A stretch of DNA of 64,000 nucleotides, from contig NC_135879.1 of NCBI RefSeq assembly GCF_964194155.1, positions 53,072,001-53,136,000 of the forward strand. Direction: 5' to 3'. The stretch's first letter is position 1; every line of letters begins with the position of its first letter. The translations under genes were made by a program, and so were the position numbers. Below the pieces are notes generated by a model. The model had not been told where the DNA came from. It made no database searches and saw only the letters and a program-made list of their open reading frames with translations. The stretch comes from Cetorhinus maximus. Lineage: Eukaryota. Below, in pieces: positions 12,925 to 23,819 of the stretch.

Positions 12925-13392
12925 GTACGAACATACCAATTAGGAGGAGTAGGCCACTCAGCCCCTCGAGCCTGCTCCATGATTCAATAAGTTCATGGCT
13001 GATCTGAATGTAATCTACACCCCACATTCCTGCCTACCCTCAATAACCTTTCACCCCCTTGTTAATCAAAAATTTATCTAGCTCTGCCTTAAAAATATTC
13101 AAAGACTCTGCTTCCACCACCTTTTGAGGAAGAGAATTCCAAAGACTCTCAACCTTAAGGGAAAAAAAATCTCATCTGTCTTAAATGAATGATTCCTTAT
13201 ATTTAAACAGTGACCCCTAGTTCTAGATTCTCCCACAACAGGAAACATCCTCGCCACATCCACCCTGTCAAAACCCCTCAAGATCTTAAAAGGTTTCAAT
13301 TAAGTTGCCTCTTACTCATCTAAATTCCAGTGGATACAAGCCTAACCTGTCAGACTTTCCTCATAAGGCAACCCGCCCAGTCCTGGTACTAG
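12925..13392 (-). mobile_element. CR1 3' end
   Basis: ORF 13099-13299 FKILRGFDRVDVARMFPVVGESRTRGH; reverse tail tacgaacatac. Confidence 0.9.
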
Positions 13393-13623
13393 AGTAGAAA
13401 ATCACTGCATCTTAAAATTATGTCAGAATCCAGCAAATTATGGTAACCCACCCAAAAATTGTTGTCCTCCTAGGTTTGATTTCTAAAGAGCAACATGTGG
13501 GAAAGTTCTGTTGGTCCTATCACAAAAATGGAAACTGTTATTTAAAACACCAGATTGTGTGTTTCATGACTTGAGATCCAAAGAGTCATTGTCTATCATT
13601 TTGGAATGGATTACATGTGGAGT

Positions 13624-13663
13624 CTCAAACAAGCAGCAGGCTCGAGCTTGCTTCTTGTTTGAG
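13624..13663. repeat. 40-bp near-perfect spacerless palindrome
   Basis: ctcaaacaagcagcaggctc|gagcttgcttcttgtttgag; the arms match at 18 of 20 positions. Confidence 0.85.
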
Positions 13664-13984
13664 TATCAGTTTCCAGGGTCCTAGGCAAAGCACAAAACTT
13701 CTGAGATTTGGACTAACGCCATATAACCTCTCATTTGGAGGTTTATGTCACGCACAAAAACTTCCCACTTGTTTTTTTTCAACAATCTATTAGTCTCAAT
13801 TCAACTCATCTCACTTCCTCTAAATAAAAGTTGTTGCTATTGTCCTGACAGTACCTGCATGATGGTATAATAAATCTTTAAAGACAGTTTTAAAAACTAT
13901 ATTTTAAAATAAATAAAACTGGAACGCAAGATGGCTCCTCAGAGTTACGAGACAGTTTTGTGGATTAAACCATCTTATCTCTCA

Positions 13985-14105
13985 AAAGATCACGACCCAA
14001 AACATTAACCAGACCTGCTGAGTTACAGCATTTTCTACAGCATGTGACCTACAGCATTTTCTGTTCATTTCAGATTTCCAGCATCCGCAGTATTTTGCTT
14101 TTGGG
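13985..14105 (+). mobile_element. Solitary PLE family-1 pseudo-LTR remnant
   Basis: gacccaaaacattaaccagacctgctgag...gatttccagcatccgcagtattttgcttt, matching the ends of the 5565-6550 element. Confidence 0.7.
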
Positions 14106-14739
14106 TTTTGTCTGAAATCAAAGCTGTTTAACTCAAACTGCATGATGTTAAAATTTAACACTAAGTTCCCATTTTGCGATACTAATTAAAACATGACCCA
14201 GATCTTCTGGTCTGCAGATGGCTCCTCAGAGCTACGAGACAGATGATCCCCTGAAAATGCACCAAAAGATTCTTCAGAAGTCCCAACACAAGGATTCTGT
14301 GGAAATTGCCCAGAAAGATTCAACCATTTTCCTGTTCTGTAAACCTCTACGACTCTCTGACTATAACTTCCGACAGGCAATTCCCCAACTCCCTCGGACG
14401 CTCCAAATAAGTCTCCAACTCCGAGCTAGTCATTCCAACTCACTTACCTGGATAGTTACCCAGGAAATGTTAGGCTGGAAAACACCATTTCTAACTCCCG
14501 GGTAACTTTGCAACTGACTCTCCCCCACCGCCACCCACCTCCCCAACTACCCCACTGACGCCCACCCAATGCCCTCGCCGATCCCCCCAATCCTCCAACT
14601 CTTCCCCCGAACCTGACCTCAAGAGCCTATCCACCCTGCCACCCAGCACGAGAACAAAGTGGAAAATTAAAATGAAAGGCGGCCAGAAGTTCAGAGTCAT
14701 GCTTTGAGACTGATTGAGGATTTCCACAAAATGATCATC

Positions 14740-15540
14740 CAATCTGCATTTGATCCTCTAGTGTAGAATAGATCAGATTGTGTGCAGTAAATACAGTCTA
14801 ATAAAATGAAAGCAGCACAAGTAAATTGCTGTTTCACCTGGGAGGAGTGTTTGGGGCCTTGGATGGTGAGGAGGGGGCATTTTTTATGCTTGTGCTATAG
14901 CAAGGAGTAGAGTTTTGGGAGCAATGGAGGAGTGGACCAGGGTGTCGCAGAGGGAATGATCCCTTCAAAATGCTGAAAGGGCTGGCGAAGATGTGTTTAG
15001 TGGTAGTGCAAATGGTGAAGGATGATCCGTTGAATACAGAGGCTGATGATTGGAAGGTGAGGACAAGGGGAACCCTATTGTGGTGCTGGGAGGGGCGGGC
15101 AAGAGCAGAAGTGCAGGAACTAGGGCAGACATGGTTGAGGGACCTATCAACCACTGTGCAGGGAATCCTCAGTTGAGGAAAAAGGAAGACTTATCAGAAG
15201 CCCTGTTATGGAAGATCGCACCATCAGGACAGATGCAACAGAGAAGCTGGGCGAATGAAATGGTGTCCTACTGGAAGCAGGGTGTGAGAAAGTGTAGTCA
15301 GGGTGATTTTGAGTCAGTGGATTTATAATGAATAATCGTTGATAGCCTATCCACAGAAATGGAAGCAGAGAATTCGAAGAAGGGAACAAAGGAGTCAGAG
15401 ATGGGCCATGCGAAGGTGAGAAAAGAGCTGAAATAGGAAGCAAAGTGGATGAAATTTTCCAATTCAGGAAAAGTGCAAGAAACAGCATCAATAGTGTCAG
15501 TTATTAATGTACTAAAAAGACAGGTGAGTGGGGGCAAGGT
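14740..15540 (-). mobile_element. PLE family 1 fragment (RT C-terminus to endonuclease)
   Basis: Minus-strand ELENFIHFASYF...DRLSTIIHYKSTDS and HNRVPLVLTF motifs of the PLE ORF. Confidence 0.8.
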
Positions 15541-16484
15541 TATGTACTAACCCTCAAGATCTGGTATCATTCTGGTGAATCTGCACATTCTCCCTTCCAA
15601 GCACCTCCCGAGGTTCCGGTTTGGAGAAATCCACTTTCATAAAGGCCACTAATCTGCACATTTTAAATGCACAGAGCAGAGTGGTTAAGAGTTGGGTTTT
15701 CTCTGTAGTCCGCCAAAAATACCATATTCCATCATGAGATAGGTGGCCTACAAAGTCTGAATCCAAGGTTGCAGATGGTGACAAGGAAGATTAAGCTCTC
15801 TTAAAGATTCATGTTCTTATCTAAACTTCTCCAGCTCACTTCACCACTCATTTTGCCGACAAAGGTAACGTTTCACCACTGAACCAAGGAACTGAAGGTT
15901 TACAACTGGTTGTAACAGACAGGTGCATTGAAAATCTCATGGTCAGTCTTTCTCAACTGTTAATTATTTAGCCTTCTTAGCGCCAACAATAACATCTGCC
16001 CATTCACTACGCAATTCTGCCTGGATACAATCATTGTCAAAGTGCATCTTTCAGATGGATAGTTAAACTGAGTTAATTTTCTAGGCATGTTAGCTGGATC
16101 AACTACTATTAATAACACACTTCCAGTCCATCACATACTCCTTTATAAATGTATCCAATATGTCAACATAATGTTGCTAGAAAGATTTTTTTCTTCTATT
16201 CAGTACAGTGCCTATTGCAAAGTCCTGTACGGCATAAATTGCATGAAATTAAGAAGCTCTTCAAGGCTGCCACATCAATGCAAATTAATCTCCAATTTGG
16301 TAGACAACCCTTCCTCTATTCATGGTATGATGATATTTCCAATTCACACAAGTGCAATTTGACAGATTATCCAATTAGTGTTGATTTACACATTCTCTGT
16401 GCACTGGAGCTGCACTTTCTGGGAACAGAGATGGGTCTGTTCAAAACCATTTAATTCAATATCTCTAATTTAGTCAGTTTGTTC

Positions 16485-16632
16485 CAAACAGCACTGTGGG
16501 TGTACTTGCACAACATGGACTGCAGGGGTTAAAAAAAGCTGCTCATTATCAGTTTCTCAAGGCCAATTAGGGATGGGCAACAAATGCTGGCCTTGCCAGC
16601 AACACCTGTATCCCATGAATGAATAAAAATAA
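16485..16632 (+). mobile_element. LINE family B 3' tail
   Basis: aattagggatgggcaacaaatgctggccttgccagc...atcccatgaatgaataaaaa. Confidence 0.8.
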
Positions 16633-17324
16633 AGTCATTAGAACTATTAATCCAGCTGAAAACTCAGAATGAGATGCAAGAGCCAATCTTCTGGATTATT
16701 GCATTACCCAGTCATCCGTGCCATTTTAATAATAAAAATGTCACTGGTACAAATCAATAGCTATTACTACTAATTCAATAATTTACAAAAGCAATTAACC
16801 AACTAAGTTTTAAGATAGTGATACAAATTGAGTGGAATTTAAATTTTGGATTAATAAATATTTCTTAAGCAGCTTCTGTTTCGAAGTTTCTTCTTGACTG
16901 TAAATTGAGAAAACTTTCAAAACCAATGAGCTAGATTTAGTACACAGTTCAGATCAAACAGTAAACCATATTAAGATGTCAAATGTTTTGGGTGGCTCCT
17001 ATAAAGGTAGTGAACAACAGATCACTGTCGGTGTAGACTTAATATTTACAAAAGCAAATTAAAGATTATTCATTAAATTCAACAGCTGGCACGCTGATAC
17101 CATGAATCACATTCACTCTGCCAGAAGGTAGGTTTGTTTGGATTGAGCACTGCTAACTAATCCTGGGCATGCAATATTAATGCATCACAGTTCAGGGGGA
17201 GGGGGTAATAGGAGTAGGAATTGTTCTCTTTCAGTTTAGGTGCAGCAATTTTTTGTTTCAAGGAAAATTCATATTTGACAAAATAATTGCGCCAAATATT
17301 TGGGGGGTGAGCAGCATCAGTGGT

Positions 17325-17705
17325 GAGAGCAGGAGCAGAGGCAGAAATATAAAGAATGTGGATCCGAGGCTCCAGGCCAACAGGAACAACAGCAGTGAAC
17401 GCGAAAGCAGGGCGAGGGCGGGAATATAGAGTGGTGACCTGATGCCCCAGACCAGCAGCAGCAAGAGTGGAAGCAGAGGCAAGGGCAGGATTGAGAGTGG
17501 GAGCAGAGGCAAGAATATAAACAGTGGTGACCCAGAGGCCCCAGACAAACAGCAGCAGTAAGGGTGAGCATGGGAGTGAAGCAAAGACAGGAATATAAAG
17601 AGCTTTGTTGGGAGCAGGTGGAGCTGATGCATTCTGAGAGTTTGAGAAAAGAAACAAAGACATCACAGGAAAATAGTTAAGCGATTAGTTGGCGAGTATT
17701 TCCCT
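17325..17705 (+). repeat. Four degenerate ~80-90 bp purine-rich repeats, each with AATATARA; probable LINE 5' UTR
   Basis: gaggcagaaatataaag (~17338), gagggcgggaatatagag (~17414), gaggcaagaatataaac (~17506), gacaggaatataaag (~17586), separated by (cag)n-rich spacers. Confidence 0.55.
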
Positions 17706-17819
17706 TTATCCCCCCCTCTCTAAACTGGGGCACTGTTTTAAACTAAGAGCCGCAAAATTAAAAACTTCAATTAGGGCTAGTAATATAGCAAAACACTAAG
17801 AGTGTTCACTTGACAGTAC

Positions 17820-19130
17820 AGAACTTGAGTATTGCTGAAAAGAGAGACATATTACTAAAGCTTTTCATCTTGCACACATCAGGACAAACACAAGAAAGCC
17901 AAATTTCAAACGTAACAATTTATATTGCAGGAGAAAAAGGTGCTGATTGTTGGCAAGTTGACTCTGGTTGGCTGAGACACTGCCATGGAGAAAACAAGGA
18001 GGAAACATTTGGCTTTCCAAGCTCCTGGGTAATTTAAAAAAAAGGTGAAAGGCAGGAACATATTGCAGAGAACGAGTTCCTGTGTATTAATGTATGTCAC
18101 TTCTAGAGAGCATAAATCAGCCATGCTATGAGTTTGACTGATTATCTTAAATTGGCTGCTGGTGTAGCTATTCGTGCACTCAGAATCATCAAAGGTTTCC
18201 GGCACAAAGGGGCCACATGGCCAATCATGTCTGCACCAGTCGAAAAATGAGCCACCCAGCCTAACCCCACTTTCCAGCATTTGGTCTGTAGCTCTGCAGG
18301 TTACAGCACTTGAGGCGCACATCAAGCATCATTTAAAAGAGTTGAGGGTTTCTGCCTCTACTACCCTTTCAGGCAGTGAGTTCCAGACCCCCATAATCCT
18401 CTGGGTGAAAATTGTTTCCTCATCTCCACCCTAATCCTTCAACCAATTACCCTAAATCCATGCTTCCTAGTCACTGACCTCTCTGCTAAAATAAATAGGC
18501 CCTTGCCATCTACTTTACCCAAGCCCCCCACAACTCTGCACACCTCAATTACATCTCCCCGCAACCTCCTCCGCTCCAAGGAAAACAACCCCAGCCCATC
18601 CAATCTCTCCCCACAGCCACACTTTCTAGTCCTGGCAACATCATCACACATCAGGATTGTTCAGCAAGTGCTGTCCAATCACAGAATCACATATAAAAGT
18701 ATACCTTTGTTTTGGGTTTTGCAAGCCCAGCCTGGTTAAGTACAGTCTGTACTCTGCCTATAACAGGCAACCAAAGGAACATACTGCTCGACTCGATCAG
18801 CCAATCATTGGGAAGTACAGTCTACATACTTGGCATTGCAACGGCAATGAAATGCGTACGCAAGATTGCTCAATTGTGCAGTTGGCAAAACATTTTTTTG
18901 GACTGACAGCAGTATCCTATTCATGGAAAATACTACTCGCCTAGCAACTGCATAGTAGCAGCGTGAAATGGTTTGCTTAACCTGTTGGTCAAATTTCTGA
19001 GGTACTTTGCCTTTCCAGGATAATTTGAGGTAGTCCGGGCACTTCTTAGATCCAAAAAGTAGTGGCCTTTGGCTCATTTGCAAATTTGTGCTATACACAG
19101 CAAGCAATGATCTGATCAGGATAGCCATTG
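17820..19130 (-). mobile_element. PLE family 2, interrupted by a CR1 3' end
   Basis: ORF 18805-19128 ...YLKLSWKGKVPQKF...LSNLAYAFHCRCNAKYVDCTSQ (linker plus GIY-YIG N-terminus); pseudo-LTR at 17820-18000 is homologous to 28330-28472. Confidence 0.8.
18182..18640 (-). mobile_element. CR1 3' end nested in PLE
   Basis: ORF 18439-18651 ERLDGLGLFSLERRRLRGDVIEV. Confidence 0.9.
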
Positions 19131-19199
19131 GACAGCAGGATAGCTATGATGTACTCTTTCTGCGTCAAGCTTGCAAGGTAAACAAATGGCAAGTGAAAA

Positions 19200-20961
19200 A
19201 AAGAGATGTGCCAATGAGTCAAGTAGCTTCAGCCCCTTTGAGTTAGTCTATGGACATGGAGTGAAAGGCCCCTTTAAATTTAAAGAAAGATTTATGACAG
19301 GCAGAGGAAATTACCCTCTTAGATTGTGTCCAAATTCAAGAAATGATTTCAAAAGCATGTGCAGTACCACAGGAACATCCTGGGATTTCCCAGAAGGTAA
19401 TGGAAAAACCAAGTGGAAAGAACAGTTAAGACCTGTCCTTTTAAACCCGAGGTTGAGATACTGGTTCTGCTGCCTTTGTCTGGCAAGCGACTGAAAGCTA
19501 AGGAACTCAATGGAGGTGAATTATGTAATCAGTGCCCAGACAGAATGGAAAGTCAACGAGTGTGTCTCGTGAATATATTGAAGAGGTAAGATGATCAGAA
19601 GTATATCAGCAAGTGGGTGTACTCAGATAAAGAGGGAGATGGTGATCAGGATACACTTCGACTTGGATGGTGATTCGGTGACAGAGTTCTCAAACTGAAC
19701 CTCTTGCAATAAAATTATTGAATGCAGAGCCGTTGAAGGGTTTAGGTAAGATACTACATCTTCCTAAGAATCATAAGAGAACATAGCTGAGCTGTAAAAG
19801 AAAATTAATCTGTATGTGCTGATAGGACAGGTCGAAGCTCTCTGGCTATTCATGAGGTTAATGTAGGACAAGCTATGCCTATTAAACAGAACCCTCAGGC
19901 TCAATCCTGGTAAATTGGCCCAGGTCAGAAAGCTGGACAATGATATCACTGAACCAAGTCAAAGAAGCTGTAGCTCCCCAGTTGTACAGGTACCAAAACC
20001 CAATGGGTCACAAAGGTTCTGCATTGATCATCGAAAAATTAATGCAGAAACTCAAACCGATTCCTCTCCAAACCCATGGCTTAAGGATTGTACAGAATTG
20101 GGAACTCCGTCTTCATTAGCAAAATTGATTTGCTTAAAGGTTACTGGCAAGTTCCTATGTCAGATCAGGCCAGGGAAATTTCTGCTTTCATAACATCATT
20201 TTCCAATGTAAAGTCTAACCGTTTCCTATGAAGAATGCACCAGCTCCATTTCAGAGGTTAACTAATGAAATGAATGCCAGGTTGAGCAATTGTATCGTGT
20301 ATATTGATCATATTGAACATGGAGGGCTCTGTTTGAAAGACTGAAAATGGCTGATCTAGACAAAAACTTGGCAAAAAGTGGGCTCGCCGAGGCCAAAGTT
20401 ACTTATTTGGGACATATTGTAGGTCAGGGTTGAGTGTTGCCTACAGGAGCTGAAGTCCAGGCAATAATAGACTTACCTGTCCCCAAGTTGAAAAAGGGAT
20501 TCCTAGGAATGTATCGGTTCTACCAGAGGGTTTGTCCCTAACTTCATTACAATAGTCACTGCATTGACAAATTTATTGAGAAAAAAAACGTGAAGATCAA
20601 CTGGACAGATCCTGTGAAGCAACCTCAGGAGGTTAAAGGGCTATGTTAGTAAATTACCTATTTTAGCTGCCCTAAATTTTAATAGGCCATTCAAAGTGGC
20701 ATGGGGATAAGGGCAGCATTTCTCCAAGGTGATGATGCTGATTTAGAATGACCAGTCAGTTACTTCTCTAGGAAACTTTACAATATGATTCTAGTGCAAG
20801 GGTTGAATCCTGCTAATTTTAGTTGTCGCATACAGATTGCTTCAGGGTAAATATCATGATGCTATCGAGCCAGACTGCTTAACGGTGACATGTAACAAGG
20901 GACAGAATCTTACTTGTACTATCATTACTTTGGTAATGATTTTTCATCTTTTGGGGGAAGG
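19200..20961 (+). mobile_element. Decayed Ty3/Gypsy internal region with IN-RT-RNase H order (Gmr1-like)
   Basis: Integrase C-terminal NESSSFSPFELVYGHGVKGP (~19212-19272) precedes RT ITEPSQRSCSSPVVQVPKPNGSQRFCIDHRKIN (~19944-20043), a decayed VYIDH active-site motif (~20297) and RNase H PVSYFSRKL (~20752); polypurine tract gggggaagg at 20953-20961. Confidence 0.8.
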
Positions 20962-21790
20962 TGTTATGAATGCAAGGTTTTAGGTGCATGTTTAAAACTG
21001 TTTGCTTAAGGTAAAATGGAGGAGTGAAATGCCTGCTCCGAATTCTGCCTGACAAGAAGCCTGGGTGGCTTGGCTGCTGTGGAGACAGGGGATACCCAAG
21101 TCAAGATATTTGCTGAGCAAAGTGCGAAGTTCTCACACCTGAAACAAAGGTAATGGCAGGTGTGCTAACAGTGAGTAGACTTTCAGTCTGCATGCTTTTG
21201 GATAGAAGAGAATAAGGGAGGAGAGAGGAAAAGGGACTGCAGTTAGCGTGATCAGCAAAAGAGAAGCGGAGTTCTCTGTGAGCTACCAAAGCAGGGTGCA
21301 GGAGGACAGTTTCTGGTCAAGATGCATCCTGTAGTCATCTAAGGGGTCCGGGAGATTTGTCCTGGCATGGCTGGTGGTTGGTGGGGGGGTGTGGGCGTGA
21401 AGCAGGCTTTACTGCTGGTAGTAGACTTGGAACTCTGAAAACTGAGAGAAACACCTTTAAACACTCAAAGTTACTGTTCAGCGAAATGAGGAAACATGAA
21501 CCCATTGGAAGCTGGGAGCAACTACGGACTGTTTCCTACAGGGTGTGTAATTCCATGGAGTGTATGACATGACGTATAATCGACGAGTGATGTTAAGGTT
21601 ATTGGTCACTTTAAAACATTAACAAGGGTTAACCTTTCTGCAGTTTAGAGTATAAGTTGCCTACAAAAATAGTGTTTAGCCAAGATTGCTTTCAGTTGGT
21701 TTGTTACAGTAAAAGTCTTAAAACTTGAAATCTTGTGTGATTCTTACAGTCACTGGCGATTCAAATACCTTTGCAAAACAACTGGCAATA
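20962..21790 (+). mobile_element. 3' LTR of the Gypsy element
   Basis: Starts TGTTATG immediately after the polypurine tract; contains agtaaa at ~21708. The 3' boundary is uncertain. Confidence 0.6.
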
Positions 21791-22384
21791 CTTGAAAATA
21801 TTCTCAAGGGAGCTGAAACACCACTCCATTTAGCATACCATTTTGTAATCTGTCATAAATGCTGATCACAACACACTTGTCCCAAGTATCACAATGGCAC
21901 GATAGCTTTCCAGAAAAAGTCTAGTTATAGCATCACAAGGCATGCAGAGTAAATAGTTTCTCATCCAATCCAATGCAGTAATTTCCCTAATGACTCTGTC
22001 AGTAATGTATAGCCTGATGTGGTATTGACTCATGTGGGCCAGGAAGCTCCCAAGTTCTGATTTGGAGCCTATGTTGAATTAGCTCACATAATGCAAACTG
22101 ATGCTGAAGGAAATGGCAATGGCACCAACTGGCAAGTACTTATGTGTGGGCATTAGAGTCAGTCATGATGCCTTCCATGGTGAAACAGCCAGAGAACCTT
22201 TTCAGTCAAATCGTAAATGTGCAGAACTGGCACCTTTGGAATCATTATCAATGATATTTCACTTCCTTCATGAGAACAGGAAAAAAATGTCAGAATTATA
22301 AAGAAGCAGTGGAATTTAAACATTTCATTTGCTGAAAAACTCTAAGTTAATGTTGTAAAAAGACAAATAATCCAGAGAGTGGTA

Positions 22385-22785
22385 AATGAAAACAGAAAAT
22401 GCTGGAAATACTCATCAGGTCAGGGAGAGAGAGATAAACAGCTAACATTGCAAATCAATGACAATTTATATGGAAAGGGAGGAAAAGGTGGGGGAGAGAG
22501 AGAATAAAAAGGAAGGTCTGTGATTGGGTTGAGGTCAGGAGAGATTACATGATAAAAGGGATGGTGGTGCAAAGCAAAAGAGGATGGTAATGGGGCCAGT
22601 AAAGAGGCAAAAAAATGGGTCCAGAGGAGGTGCAAATGAAAATAGCAGAATCATAATCAACAGCTACCATCTGAAAAAAAAATGGGGGCACAGCTTGATC
22701 TGAAATTGTTGAACTCAATGTTGGGTCCAAAGGCTGTAAAATGGATAGTCAAAAGATGAGGTGCTGTTTCTTGAGCCTGCATTAT
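22385..22785 (-). mobile_element. PLE family 1 3' end and pseudo-LTR
   Basis: aacagaaaatgctggaaatactcatcagg (reverse pseudo-LTR) and gttgaactcaatgttgggtccaaaggctgtaaa (reverse of LQP.G.NIEFN). Confidence 0.75.
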
Positions 22786-23229
22786 TTCTATGCTGTTGCA
22801 TTGAAACTCAATGCACTGTTGTTCAGCATTCATTTTTTCCTTGCACTTTTTTTTTAAATGCCTTGCTATGATTTTCTATCTGAAAAGGTGTGCAATGTGG
22901 AACATACCCCTCAGGAGGCCTTTACACAAAGACCTCAGCGTCATCTCTTTACACCTCAATGAATGAAGCTCACCATAACTCTGAGCTCTTCTGTTGTCTG
23001 AATGCCCATTTCTTTGGCTAGGAGTCCTCCCAACGTGCGCGCACCCGCATGCACATAAGCACCTCACTTCCCATAATCAGGATTCCTGTTCCACCTGGAC
23101 CCTTCCTTCTGGTCTCAACCTTTCCAGATCTTTTTATTGAAAACTGCAGGAGAGACATCAACCATCTCAACCTCTCTGTACCCCTTGCTCACTCTAACCT
23201 AGCTATCTCTCTCTGATAATGCAGCAATC

Positions 23230-23812
23230 TACTTCTCTCATGCCCCATGGTAGACTCCTCGTTGTTCAAGTATGTCCAAGCTGTAAATGATTTCATCATC
23301 TTCACTGGGTACTCTCCAGACTGAACAGCCAATATGGGCATCCACAGAACTGGCAGTTCATATTGTTAGTGTTTTGGCAGAACTATTGTAGCTGCGCCAC
23401 CTCTAGCCTTCCTCTAGACAAACTGGATGTTGAGAGTTTGGTGTAGTTGATCCTCGAAACATGCTAAACCAAATTTCAGTGTTTGCCCCCAAGTAAGCTG
23501 CTTAGCTGCAGTGTTTCCCCCAGAGAGGTGGTCTGCAATGCAGAAGGATATTTTCTTATGGTGACCTTGTAACATTTGTACTGACCACCTGATGTTATTT
23601 GCCCGAGACAGCTCCCCATGTGCAATCTGCTTCAGAATTCTGTAGTCATCCATGCAAGAGACATGGCTTACCCATCTATGTCAAATTTTTTGGAGAGGAG
23701 TCTCCACGCTGTTAAGCCCAGCACAATGGAGAACCTGTTTATGATTTTGTCCTGCCATCAAATTCTCACGATGGATCTCAGGTGTTTGGTGGAAGCATTC
23801 CAGAGCAAAACT
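23230..23812 (-). mobile_element. Decayed RTE-clade LINE 3' fragment
   Basis: ORF 23414-23653 MDDYRILKQIAHGELS resembles the RTE C-terminal M.D.R.PKQ..YGEL motif. Confidence 0.6.
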
Positions 23813-23819
23813 GATAGAC

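Noticed and set aside
17157-17666. 169-aa, 124-aa and 84-aa overlapping minus-strand ORFs (Ala/Pro-, Leu- and Cys-rich)
   Set aside because: These are by-products of the low-complexity purine-rich repeat, open in all three frames, with no protein family signature.
23393-23406. CTCF-like gcgccacctctagc
   Set aside because: Only a partial match, and it lies inside a decayed RTE fragment.
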